DNA from: Bdellovibrionota bacterium
GTDB taxonomy: Bacteria > Bdellovibrionota_C > UBA2361 > JBIKWN01
Direction of reading: 5' to 3'
DNA length: 45,329 nucleotides
Assembly (NCBI GenBank): GCA_044356295.1
Contig: JBIKWN010000016.1
Span: forward strand, 1-45,329
Shown here piece after piece: positions 36,034-45,329 of the stretch (its first letter is position 1; each line of letters begins with the position of its first letter). Both the position numbers and the translations under genes were made by a program. The notes under the pieces were generated by a model. The model did not search any database. It saw only the letters and a list, made by a program, of their open reading frames with translations, and was not told the DNA's origin.

Positions 36034-39000
36034 ATGGGAAACGTTTCAACCTCAACTCATAAAAAACAGCCTGATTCTTCGGATGCAAAATTGCCGAAAA
36101 GGAATGCTGATTCTCGTCCAAAGCCAAAAGAAGACGACGACTTGGCTAAAGCAGAAAAGGCTTATAAAGCTACTCGATCAAGATACGGCGGAAGATTAAG
36201 AAACCTTCAAGATGTTGAGAACCGAATTGCTAATGCAACATGGGGTGATCATGTTACAGGCAATGTAGCTAAATGGGAAAAAGAAGCTCAAGCAGAGCGC
36301 GCACAAGCAAAACGTGAACAAAAAGCTATGCTTGAGCAAAAAGCTCAAATGCAAAAAGCGCGTGAAGCTAAAGTTCGTGCCGAAAAAGCAAAAGCAGAAG
36401 CGAGTAAGGCGACTGATCCAAAAATAAAAAAAGAACTTCAGATTAAAGCACAAAAAGAAGAAGACAAAGTTTCTGACCATGTCAAAAGTGCCAAGGCTGC
36501 GAGAAAAAAAGGCAACGAAGAAAGCAAGAAATATCTCAATGACATGAAAGAGGCTAATGAGCCTAAGCCTGCTAAACATGAAAGAGCAACCAAAGCTCAC
36601 GAAGATGTCAAACAAGACAAACAAAAAGTAAGAAACGAAAAAGTAGATGCTCCAACCAGTGCAAACACAAAGCGCCTTGCTGATGCTCTAGATAAGCAAC
36701 AAAAATCGACTGATAGTGTTGTAGCTCAAGGTGGCGGAATTAAAACTAATGTCGAAGATACTAATAGTAGAGCACAGAATAGCATAAAAACCGATGTTAT
36801 TGCTTCTACAATCTCTCCCGTAGTCGGAATGATTATGAATGGAGGAATGAGTACCGCCCTACTGCAAGAGCGGGACAACGACAGAAAACTTTTAGAAGCT
36901 AATAATAAAATTGCTGCTGAGAACTTAAGAAATGAACAGAAATTAAAAGAGACAATTAAAACAGTTCAAGAATACGAAGCCAGGGCGGCAAAATACAAAA
37001 AATTGGGCGACGATCAGGAAGCTGCTCGATACTCTAAAATGGCAAAGGAGCTTACCGACCAAGCTCTTAGTGAAACAAAAACAATACGTACAGTTCGTCG
37101 TGAAGAAACTAAATCGGCTGGAACTAATTACATTAAAGAGCAAAAAAAAGTAACTGAACAATACGAAGCTGTAGCAGGTCGAAATGATAAAGCTGCAATC
37201 ACAATGCGTGTTACTAGAGACGTAGCCGTTGTAGCTGGTGCAACCATTGCGACAGGTGGTGCTGCAACTGCAATAGCTGCAACAGGAGCTGGGACGTTGG
37301 CTGTAGTTACTGGTGCAACCGCAGTCGGAACTTTAAGTGGATCTACAATAGGTGCAGTTTCTAATACTGCAGGCGCTGTATCTTCTGGTACGACTGGCTA
37401 TAAAACTTGGGGTGATGCTTGGAAAGATGCAGGTAGCCAAACAGTTCAAGATGCAAAATCAAGTTTTTATTCTTCTGCAGGAACTGCTCTTGGGATTGGT
37501 GTTGCAGGAAAATTAGCATCCCCAATTATTGGAAAGGTTGGTGAACAAGGTGGACGCTTAGCACTTGGATCCATTACAGCAGCAACAGGTCAAACCGCGA
37601 CAACAGCAATGAATCTTGGTGAGCATTTCTATAATACGTCCGAAGAATTCAATAAGTTAAAAGCTGCAGGACAAATCAAAGAATCAGATAGAGCGCAATA
37701 TTTTGCGGACCGAGGTTTGTCTCCTCAAGCAATGGGTAAAAGTTTAGCAATTTCTTTTGGTACTGGTGTTGTCGGTGGGAATATCGGCGCACGATCTGAT
37801 TTAATCCGAGAGGGCGCAACAAGTGTTTGGGGCAAAGTTGGAGCAACAACACTAGACACTGGTGGATCAGCTGTCATTGGGCTAACTACAGCCTATATTC
37901 AAAATGACGGCAAAATGACTTATGAAGATTTTGCTAACGAAGCCGCCGGCGCAGTTACTAGTGTCATGCAGGGGAATATAGGATCTAAAATTGGTAAACA
38001 TGCTGCCAATAATTCCAATGCACCTGATCTTAAATTAGAAACTTTCAATAATAACGCACAAGAAGACTTACCAATTGCTGCAATGCGTGTTGGTGCGACT
38101 CTTCCACCTCCGATGGATATCACACCTACACAACCTCAAAAATCCATCGCAAGAATAATGGGCGATTTAGTAAATCAACCTAAGGCAGTAGCGTCGACAC
38201 ACACTGGAGCGTTAGGAGTCGTAGCCTACAATAAATTAAATAATGAACCAGGCGCAAAACCAGCAAGAGTTATTATCATGTCTCCAAGTGGTGGTGATGG
38301 AATTACACCAGCTGGTATTGCATACCAACTATTTAGAAATAGGTTTGCTCCAAACGAACATACTGGCAATAACATTGGACTGCAAAAAGTTACTGTCGTT
38401 TGTACTCCAGAACAAAAACCAATGTTAGAATCTGCACTTCGTCGGGAAATGGAAACTAATCGACCACAAGCTTTTGCTACTGCTGGCGGAACAACAAGAC
38501 TTGAAGACTATGTTGACCTAGTAACAGCCCGTCCAGGTGAAGTAGTAAATGTTGAAGTGCACAGGTCACCTTTAGCAACCGAAGAAGCAAAAGCAAAAAC
38601 TCCTGCTTCGGAAAAATTTGCGATAAAAATACCTTCCGAAGGAAGTGAAAAACCAACTGCATTAGTGAGTAAAATTAATCCTAATGATGGTTCACTTCAA
38701 AAAGTTAAACGTGAACTTCATTATAAACCAGAACAACAGCCAGAGCTGAAACCACAAAGTATAGTACCTGTCGAAGGGAGACCTCAGTTACACGCAATTG
38801 GAACTGGAGGACTAATTACACCAGAGCCTAATTCATGCTTAATACTAACAAACGGCAAAATCGGATCTGAATCAAGAACATTCATTATTGATGATGGGAA
38901 CCCTAACGGTTTTGCACGCTCACGTGGGCTCTATGATCTAAATCCAAACAATGTAGAAGCTTTAACGCACTTTCATGCCGACCATACCCAGGGGATGATG

Positions 39001-42000
39001 GAGCGAATAAAAATACGCTCTGATAGTGGAGTAAAAAATACATTAATCGTTAATAAGTATACAAAAGCACAAGTTGAATCGTATTTTACTACTACCTATG
39101 GACGTAAGGCAGGACAAAAAATAATTAACTCGATTGATTTTAAAGTTCTAGAGCCTGCAGATAATGACACAAGAAGTATTTCTTACAAACCTATCCAAAT
39201 AGGGAATACTAAGATTGAAGCCATAAGAACTCGTCATAACTATGGAAGCGAAGGAAGACTAGAAGCCGTTGCATATAAATATACTTTTGATAATGACGGA
39301 ATAAAAACTTCTTTTGTAACAACTGGTGATACCCAATTTGGCTCTCGATATCTTGCCGCATATAGTGATACTGTCAAAACCGAACTTGATAATATTAAAA
39401 ACAGTAAAGACTTTACTACCGAAGATTTTGATAGAACTAAAAAATTAGTTACAACGTATTTTGACGAAGATGGCCGTGCAAAATTTAATGATGCTTCAAA
39501 TAAAAGCCCATCTGAACAAAAAGCGTTCATTCAGGACTATCTTGAAAATGAATTAAAAACTGTTGCAAAGCATACTGAACGAAACGAAAAATTCGATCGA
39601 GAATTAGCAACATTTTGCAAGCCAGCTGATGATGTGTCATCTCATCTTGTTTACCTAGATGCAGGTGGAGCTGCACGTCCTGGTTTTATTCCAGCAGTTG
39701 ATACTGCTCATGCGTCAGGTATGGTTGCACCGATTCATATGGGCGCTTCAGATGCGCAGCACTTAATGCACTTAGTCGGCGTTAATGACCAACGGATAAA
39801 TTTCATTGCAGGGCATACATCATCGACTGCAAAAATAATTGGTGGAACGACCGCAGGCTCCGAAGGCGGCAACCGAAGCTATGATCTGCGAGCAAATAAA
39901 AGCATCGATTGGACATCAGGTTATGCTGATGGTGTAACACGTGTTTCATCAGATGGGGCACGAGCTGTTTATTATGCTGACGAAAAATCGCTACAATCTG
40001 CTTATGAAGGAATTCTTGCTGATAACGCGGCAAGATCCTCTAGACCCATCAATGAAAGCGTATCCGAGGTCAATAATAGTAAAGGAGTCATTGCATTTTA
40101 CGATCGAAGAACAGGAGCAATTCATTCAATCGATCCAAAATTTAAGGGCGCCACTAAGGAAGCACGTATTTTAACCGGTGCGCTTCTTCGTCATGAATAC
40201 ACACATCACTTGCAAGAAACTAATGGAGTGAAGATTAACGAAGTCGAAGCATTTAAATCTATGTTCGACTATGTTGACAGAGTCAATGCAAAAGATCCAA
40301 GTAGGCAATTTGAGTTAAGAATTACAAATGACAATGTGCAGATTCATGAGCTGAAAGCTGGGCAAACTGCGCGAAGATTATCAGAAGCGGAAATTCAGCG
40401 AATTGTTGATCATAATTACAAGAATGTTGATGGTGCGGTTGCGCCAATGAAACTTGACAATGATGAGCTTCGACATTCTATTGACAATGTAAAAGAAACA
40501 ATAAACGGTCAATTTTTACATATCGATGAACGCTTGGTCACAAATATATTAAATAAATTTGGCCCCGACACAAAAACCGCATCAGAGGTCATGGGCATAC
40601 TTTCCCATGCAGGTAGTTTTCGGGGATTAGAAAATTTTGCCAAAAATTTAAAGATCAGAGGTAATGATAAGATTCTAACTTTAAATAGAGGGTCTTTTGC
40701 GGATTGCATTGGTTATTTTAGCGGCTCCAAAAATCTACTAAATGGTGTTTTAGTAAATGATAAAAGTTTTGTATCGGAATTACATCCAACAGCGAATACA
40801 TTTGTTTTTATTGATGATGTAATGATAGATCATATTCGTCAGAATCCGGAATTCGCAGATAAGCTAACAGCTGAAAATATTAAAATTGCTTCTACACCAT
40901 GGATCGATAATGGATTAAGTGTATTTCGACATTCCGATCTTGATACTATTCCTTCAACAATTAGTTCCGTATTAGATCGCGTTAAAGCTTATAAAATAAA
41001 GCATCCCAATGCTTCTACTGATACTGCCATGAATATGATAGCCAAAGAGGATTTGCGAGCTAAATTGATTGACGCCGGAGTATCACCGCATACTGCTGAT
41101 GCAATAATTGGAAAAGATTTAGCGATTCAGCCAACGCCATCTTCGAAAGCTAGCAAAATTGCTGACGCGTTAAATGGAAATCAGTATATAGATGACGCTG
41201 CTATTGAAAGGTACCTGGAAATGATCCCAGAGCAAGATAGGATGCATGCATTAAATATACTTATGATGGGTGCGGATGTTCATAGCCCAAGCAGTTTAGC
41301 TTCTGTCCATCAACAACAATATAAGAAAATATTAGAACTTGCAGAAAGTAAAGGTATCCATCCTTCAAAAATTTTATTCCTTACACCTGAAGGCTTAAAA
41401 AGCTATTCAGTCGCAGCTCTTGGATTTAGGCACACTAACGATATACATGCCTCACAATTTATAAATGTTGATCAACTTTCTACTTTACTCGATCCATCCA
41501 AAACACCTTTTAAGGGGCGTGATTCTATGATTGTCATCTTAGATGATGTTGCAGGATCTGGGGGAACGCTAGGTCAAATTTATAAGTCACTTGGAACCCA
41601 GGGACATAAATTCTTAGGTGAAATTGTCATAGCGCCAACTGTTACAACTGCTTCGGCAGAAAACAGCTTTATGGAAAGATGTAAACTTGACGCTAAGCTA
41701 AACTACATTCCTGGTTACAAGGCTTCACGTCTTGAAGATAATCCTTATTTAAAAAGCTTGCCTGATGGTGTTCAATTTAGAATTAGAGCAGAATTTGCAA
41801 AACATCTTTTAGGGTATAATCAAGATGGACTGATGATGGCCTTCCCTTATATGTCACCTAACAACAATAATGGAGTATTTGTATCTTCAATTGCACCAAA
41901 CGTCACACACAACGGAAGAGGCATTAAGCCACCTTCAACTGGGATGCCTAAAAGTGATATTGTAGGACAAGAAAGATTTATTTTTCGTGTCCTAAATTCA

Positions 42001-42036
42001 AACCAGCAGCCAAGTTATTCAGCAACGAAAAGATGA
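36034..42036 (+). CDS. Giant multi-domain toxin/effector-like protein: Lys/Glu coiled coils, Gly/Ala-rich hydrophobic helices, MBL-fold hydrolase, HExxH motif, C-terminal PRTase-like domain
   Basis: THFHADH (38965-38985) with later TRHN, TTGDT and PIH motifs; LLRHEYTHHLQE..NEVEAF (HEYTH at 40192-40206); IVILDDVAGSGGT (DD..T at 41542-41568) and YMSPNNN. Confidence 0.8.
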   Translation: MGNVSTSTHKKQPDSSDAKLPKRNADSRPKPKEDDDLAKAEKAYKATRSRYGGRLRNLQDVENRIANATWGDHVTGNVAKWEKEAQAERAQAKREQKAMLEQKAQMQKAREAKVRAEKAKAEASKATDPKIKKELQIKAQKEEDKVSDHVKSAKAARKKGNEESKKYLNDMKEANEPKPAKHERATKAHEDVKQDKQKVRNEKVDAPTSANTKRLADALDKQQKSTDSVVAQGGGIKTNVEDTNSRAQNSIKTDVIASTISPVVGMIMNGGMSTALLQERDNDRKLLEANNKIAAENLRNEQKLKETIKTVQEYEARAAKYKKLGDDQEAARYSKMAKELTDQALSETKTIRTVRREETKSAGTNYIKEQKKVTEQYEAVAGRNDKAAITMRVTRDVAVVAGATIATGGAATAIAATGAGTLAVVTGATAVGTLSGSTIGAVSNTAGAVSSGTTGYKTWGDAWKDAGSQTVQDAKSSFYSSAGTALGIGVAGKLASPIIGKVGEQGGRLALGSITAATGQTATTAMNLGEHFYNTSEEFNKLKAAGQIKESDRAQYFADRGLSPQAMGKSLAISFGTGVVGGNIGARSDLIREGATSVWGKVGATTLDTGGSAVIGLTTAYIQNDGKMTYEDFANEAAGAVTSVMQGNIGSKIGKHAANNSNAPDLKLETFNNNAQEDLPIAAMRVGATLPPPMDITPTQPQKSIARIMGDLVNQPKAVASTHTGALGVVAYNKLNNEPGAKPARVIIMSPSGGDGITPAGIAYQLFRNRFAPNEHTGNNIGLQKVTVVCTPEQKPMLESALRREMETNRPQAFATAGGTTRLEDYVDLVTARPGEVVNVEVHRSPLATEEAKAKTPASEKFAIKIPSEGSEKPTALVSKINPNDGSLQKVKRELHYKPEQQPELKPQSIVPVEGRPQLHAIGTGGLITPEPNSCLILTNGKIGSESRTFIIDDGNPNGFARSRGLYDLNPNNVEALTHFHADHTQGMMERIKIRSDSGVKNTLIVNKYTKAQVESYFTTTYGRKAGQKIINSIDFKVLEPADNDTRSISYKPIQIGNTKIEAIRTRHNYGSEGRLEAVAYKYTFDNDGIKTSFVTTGDTQFGSRYLAAYSDTVKTELDNIKNSKDFTTEDFDRTKKLVTTYFDEDGRAKFNDASNKSPSEQKAFIQDYLENELKTVAKHTERNEKFDRELATFCKPADDVSSHLVYLDAGGAARPGFIPAVDTAHASGMVAPIHMGASDAQHLMHLVGVNDQRINFIAGHTSSTAKIIGGTTAGSEGGNRSYDLRANKSIDWTSGYADGVTRVSSDGARAVYYADEKSLQSAYEGILADNAARSSRPINESVSEVNNSKGVIAFYDRRTGAIHSIDPKFKGATKEARILTGALLRHEYTHHLQETNGVKINEVEAFKSMFDYVDRVNAKDPSRQFELRITNDNVQIHELKAGQTARRLSEAEIQRIVDHNYKNVDGAVAPMKLDNDELRHSIDNVKETINGQFLHIDERLVTNILNKFGPDTKTASEVMGILSHAGSFRGLENFAKNLKIRGNDKILTLNRGSFADCIGYFSGSKNLLNGVLVNDKSFVSELHPTANTFVFIDDVMIDHIRQNPEFADKLTAENIKIASTPWIDNGLSVFRHSDLDTIPSTISSVLDRVKAYKIKHPNASTDTAMNMIAKEDLRAKLIDAGVSPHTADAIIGKDLAIQPTPSSKASKIADALNGNQYIDDAAIERYLEMIPEQDRMHALNILMMGADVHSPSSLASVHQQQYKKILELAESKGIHPSKILFLTPEGLKSYSVAALGFRHTNDIHASQFINVDQLSTLLDPSKTPFKGRDSMIVILDDVAGSGGTLGQIYKSLGTQGHKFLGEIVIAPTVTTASAENSFMERCKLDAKLNYIPGYKASRLEDNPYLKSLPDGVQFRIRAEFAKHLLGYNQDGLMMAFPYMSPNNNNGVFVSSIAPNVTHNGRGIKPPSTGMPKSDIVGQERFIFRVLNSNQQPSYSATKR

Positions 42037-42066
42037 TGAGAATCCAAAATAAAAGTATATATTAAT

Positions 42067-42642
42067 ATGAAATCACAACTAACAGAAATCGAAATTGCTA
42101 ACCGTTCTAAAATGCTTCAGCGTCTTGCCACACCACCAGAAGACATTAGCGCTGCAGCGGAAGTATTTCTTGATACTGGCAGTTTTGAAAAATTAGGATT
42201 TAAGTCAACTATTTTAGGACTTGAAGGCTGTGGGATCGAAGCCGTAGTTTGTTTGCGAGATAACCCAGACGCATTTATCGATCGTTTACACGCTGTGTGC
42301 GGCCGTGATCTATCGTGTTCCCCTCAGATAGCAAATTGCCAGGCTACTAATGACGGATATTTAATCGTGGTGTTCGACTGGAAAGGAATAAATCGTTCTG
42401 ATTTACTGGAATACGATGACTCCATAATTTCACAAGAAGCAAAAGGTAAATTTTACTCTGAAATTTCAAAACTTACAGATGAAGGTTATTGTCATCCATA
42501 CGCAGCAGCTGGCTATGCACATTGGAGAATAGATCCAAGAGATGGGGCAATTATACTTTTAAATTGGGAAGATGTGATTGAAATGCACCCTGGCAACCGT
42601 GATGAGTATCTAAATGATATTAGTCATTTATTACAAAGCTAA
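42067..42642 (+). CDS. Hypothetical acidic protein directly downstream of the giant gene (candidate immunity/partner; kinase-like C-lobe pattern)
   Basis: 191 aa, 30-bp gap, same strand. KLTDEGYCHP...WRID...IILLNW echoes the kinase-fold G..HxD...N...DW arrangement without the catalytic Asp residues. Confidence 0.6.
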   Translation: MKSQLTEIEIANRSKMLQRLATPPEDISAAAEVFLDTGSFEKLGFKSTILGLEGCGIEAVVCLRDNPDAFIDRLHAVCGRDLSCSPQIANCQATNDGYLIVVFDWKGINRSDLLEYDDSIISQEAKGKFYSEISKLTDEGYCHPYAAAGYAHWRIDPRDGAIILLNWEDVIEMHPGNRDEYLNDISHLLQS

Positions 42643-43209
42643 CTTTGCTAGCTCTTCGCTTCGGATAGATTCAAGTATTGCTATGAATTTTTTTGCTGGA
42701 AGAGAAGTATGCTTACCTTCTTTGCGACCTGTATCATGATAAAGTGGACGGTTTGCTGTTGCCAATAATGAAGATAATACATCCAAATTTTGCTCAAACT
42801 TTGCACGAATTGCAGATTCTATTATCTGCAAATGCCCGTCAGACCCATATGCTAGTTCTTTCCCACCGTAATAAATAACGACACTACTATCTTCGAATTT
42901 TTTAGAATTCAACCTTCGATGAATAACTCCTAGTTTTCTTGCATGTGCACCAATAGAATTTGAGGCACGCTCCCTTAAAGCAGAATCCGGAGGAAACTTA
43001 ATAGCCTGAATAAAGCCCTCTGTAGATTGGTATTCAACACCATCAAGAATAAACGGGGCCCGGGCAAAATTTGATAAAAGACATGATTCAGGATTGCTAG
43101 CTATTACATTTAAAGATGCAGGCTGCGGATTACGCAAAGTGTCCGCATCAACTGGGAAGGCAGATTGACTTAGCTCTAAATGTGAATATTCAGTGTTGCG
43201 ACTTGGCAT
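42631..43209 (-). CDS. NADAR (YbiA-like) family protein
   Basis: LSNFARAPFILDGVEYQSTEGFIQAIKFP, ARKLG, AIRAKFEQN...LLAT. Confidence 0.85.
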   Translation of the reverse strand: MPSRNTEYSHLELSQSAFPVDADTLRNPQPASLNVIASNPESCLLSNFARAPFILDGVEYQSTEGFIQAIKFPPDSALRERASNSIGAHARKLGVIHRRLNSKKFEDSSVVIYYGGKELAYGSDGHLQIIESAIRAKFEQNLDVLSSLLATANRPLYHDTGRKEGKHTSLPAKKFIAILESIRSEELAKLAL

Positions 43210-43648
43210 GACAGTAGTTATGCAAATATTAGATCCGTAGGTGGCATTATATTACAACAGTCCTAACTCCCTGTAATTACTATAGATATTTTATCTTTTA
43301 GCAATGATCTCTGCTCAAAACTAATAAGATGAAGCTACTGGTACAAGATAACTATGATTCTATAATATCTACAAAGCATAAAGACGTAATCAAAAGTTAC
43401 CCTATAACAACAAAAAATAAGCCATTATCAAGTGCGCCAAAGGCGAGAGCTTTGAAAAATTACATAGAGCTTCATCAGTAAATGTTCCTCTAGGAAATAT
43501 TCATATTCAATCTAAAAGTAATCCGTAAGCTTTTGAATATCCAGATGTTTTGCAGCAAAAATGCCTTATCTGATTAACCTGAACCAGGAGCATCAAAAAC
43601 TCCGATTATTATAAATAGAAATGTAAATAAGCTTACTCAACGACTATT

Positions 43649-45232
43649 ATGTCCTTAGATGCCTGCCAAAGAGTGTCATCAAAAAACACTCATATTGAGC
43701 GCCAACCAGCCGCCAACCAGACTGAACACGTCTCAGAATCACCAATGCGCGTGATTGCATTATCGGATCAAATTCGTTTTGCAATTGAATACGTTTCCAC
43801 TATGAATACATTTGCAGGTAAAATTACCAACGAATATAAAGAACGCGGTGAAGATAATTTTAGGAAACTCGTGTCTGAACTGAAAGCGGCGACTCAAGCC
43901 GTTGCTGATACATGTAATATACCAGCTGATCAACATGAAAAGTGGAGTTATCAACTAGCTGCCGGAGTTTTTGTTACTCAAAGATCATACTCAGGATTTC
44001 TAACACATATTTCTGAACTCCCTGAATACTCGAGTGAGGATATAGCACTCGCGATTTTCTCGCCCAATGAAGATGTTAAAAATTTTCAGTCTCTTGTCGC
44101 ATCTTTGCTTGAAGATAATCCAATTATTGGCACCACCACTGCTTTGTTACTTCCTTTTTTAATGAGAGTCCGTGATGCAAGTAATTTAGAGGATGACCAA
44201 ACTGCTAAATGGCTGCGAGTTTCAGATTGGTATATCAAAGTCATCGAAGATATTGTTACTGCAAATATTGCAGTTGATAAGCTTTTTAACACTCTCCAAT
44301 TAAAATGCGATAAGTTACCAGAAGTTGAAAAATCTGCTGTCGAGAATTTTTTAGTGCAGTGGAAAAACGATATTTCAATGATACTTACTGAATCAGTAAA
44401 TTTAGCTAATACAGCTGCACTTGGCCAAATTGGTTTGAGAAGCGATTGCAGTAGTATTACTTATTGGCCCATGTATCCAGCTCCCTCAGGCAGTAATCCT
44501 TCAGTTATTCGAAATAGTGTACAAGATCTTTACTCAGCCGATATGCAGCGATTTAGACAAGATTGGCTCATGCAGGATGAAAATCGAACGGGGTGTGTAG
44601 TTATTCCCACGCCAATTGATTTTAGAGAGCTTGGTTGGTTTGTGGATTACTTTAGTAAATACCTTGAAAATTTAAGTCAAGCTGTGGTGAATCAGGGTTC
44701 TCGAAGAAATCCAGTCGAGGTATCACTGAGTCATGGATTTTCAGCAACTATTCGTCCAGAACAAGATTCAAATGGGCAGGCTCGAATTGGATTTAGATGC
44801 GAGGGAGGAGATCCTAAATATAAAAAATTCTCACTTCGAATAGATCTGGATAGAGGAGTTCCTACTTTTGATTTTGGTTCAACGAGTTATAAACAAGCCT
44901 TGCACTATGCTTTGTTTATGAAGGATTTGAGTGTTAATGAGAATGCTCCATCCTATGAAGAATTAACTACACCAACTGGTTCGCTTAATAAAAATGCATT
45001 AAAGTACCGCGTTGCTTTAAATTCCTTACCGCTTGATCCAGATAAAAATTTAATGCCTGGTGAAAGAGCCTCTTTAATTGCTTCTACACTCGCTTCAGCA
45101 GGAAAATTTATAGGGACACGCAGTGCCACAACGATTGTTGGGCACCACTTTCAAGAAAAAGTATCCACTATTAACGGTGATGACTTTGCAAAAATTTGTC
45201 GTGGACTATCAAAGATTCTTCTTGCAGCATAG
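43649..45232 (+). CDS. Hypothetical protein (helical N-terminal half, alpha/beta C-terminal half)
   Basis: 527-aa ORF; no family recognised. Confidence 0.7.
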   Translation: MSLDACQRVSSKNTHIERQPAANQTEHVSESPMRVIALSDQIRFAIEYVSTMNTFAGKITNEYKERGEDNFRKLVSELKAATQAVADTCNIPADQHEKWSYQLAAGVFVTQRSYSGFLTHISELPEYSSEDIALAIFSPNEDVKNFQSLVASLLEDNPIIGTTTALLLPFLMRVRDASNLEDDQTAKWLRVSDWYIKVIEDIVTANIAVDKLFNTLQLKCDKLPEVEKSAVENFLVQWKNDISMILTESVNLANTAALGQIGLRSDCSSITYWPMYPAPSGSNPSVIRNSVQDLYSADMQRFRQDWLMQDENRTGCVVIPTPIDFRELGWFVDYFSKYLENLSQAVVNQGSRRNPVEVSLSHGFSATIRPEQDSNGQARIGFRCEGGDPKYKKFSLRIDLDRGVPTFDFGSTSYKQALHYALFMKDLSVNENAPSYEELTTPTGSLNKNALKYRVALNSLPLDPDKNLMPGERASLIASTLASAGKFIGTRSATTIVGHHFQEKVSTINGDDFAKICRGLSKILLAA

Positions 45233-45329
45233 CATCATTTCTTTTGCTGTTTAATGACGTTACCCGATACCAGTTGGTCTTTCCCTTTTAAACAGCAATC
45301 CTATCCTCTGTTAGAGAGAAAGTGATTCT

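Noticed and set aside
33684..45329. Prophage or ICE integrated at tRNA-Gly
   Set aside because: No integrase, phage or conjugation genes and no tRNA 3'-end repeat seen in the window. Island status cannot be established.

Overview
A 45.3-kb, AT-rich chromosomal window from a diderm bacterium. The PilP/AMIN proteins and general gene style suggest a Bdellovibrionota/deltaproteobacteria-like lineage, but this is inference only. From left to right: (1) hypothetical genes and an outer-membrane barrel; (2) a heme biosynthesis cluster (hemF, hemH, hemA as the Shemin-type 5-aminolevulinate synthase, hemB, and a divergent HemD-like ORF) interrupted by a GC-richer gene with an atypical CsrA-like domain; (3) dcd; (4) three tandem secreted, almost proline-free Gly-X-Ser/Thr collagen-like proteins whose GXY tracts are 367, 366 and 367 residues long; (5) an AMIN-domain protein, comM/yifB, a pseudopilin-like/PilP fusion, tRNA-Pro and asnS; (6) a glycosylation/methylation cluster; (7) a Tat-type metallophosphoesterase and a SprT-like protein; (8) tRNA-Gly with a duplicated 5' part, followed by an accessory block: a beta-rich outer-membrane-like protein, a 2000-aa multi-domain toxin/effector-like protein (hydrophobic helices, MBL hydrolase, HExxH, PRTase), a small downstream partner, a NADAR protein and a hypothetical protein. 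No CRISPR array, rRNA, integrase or transposase was recognised. The best candidates for an undescribed system are the length-matched collagen triplet (a possible heterotrimeric bacterial collagen) and the giant polyvalent effector locus.
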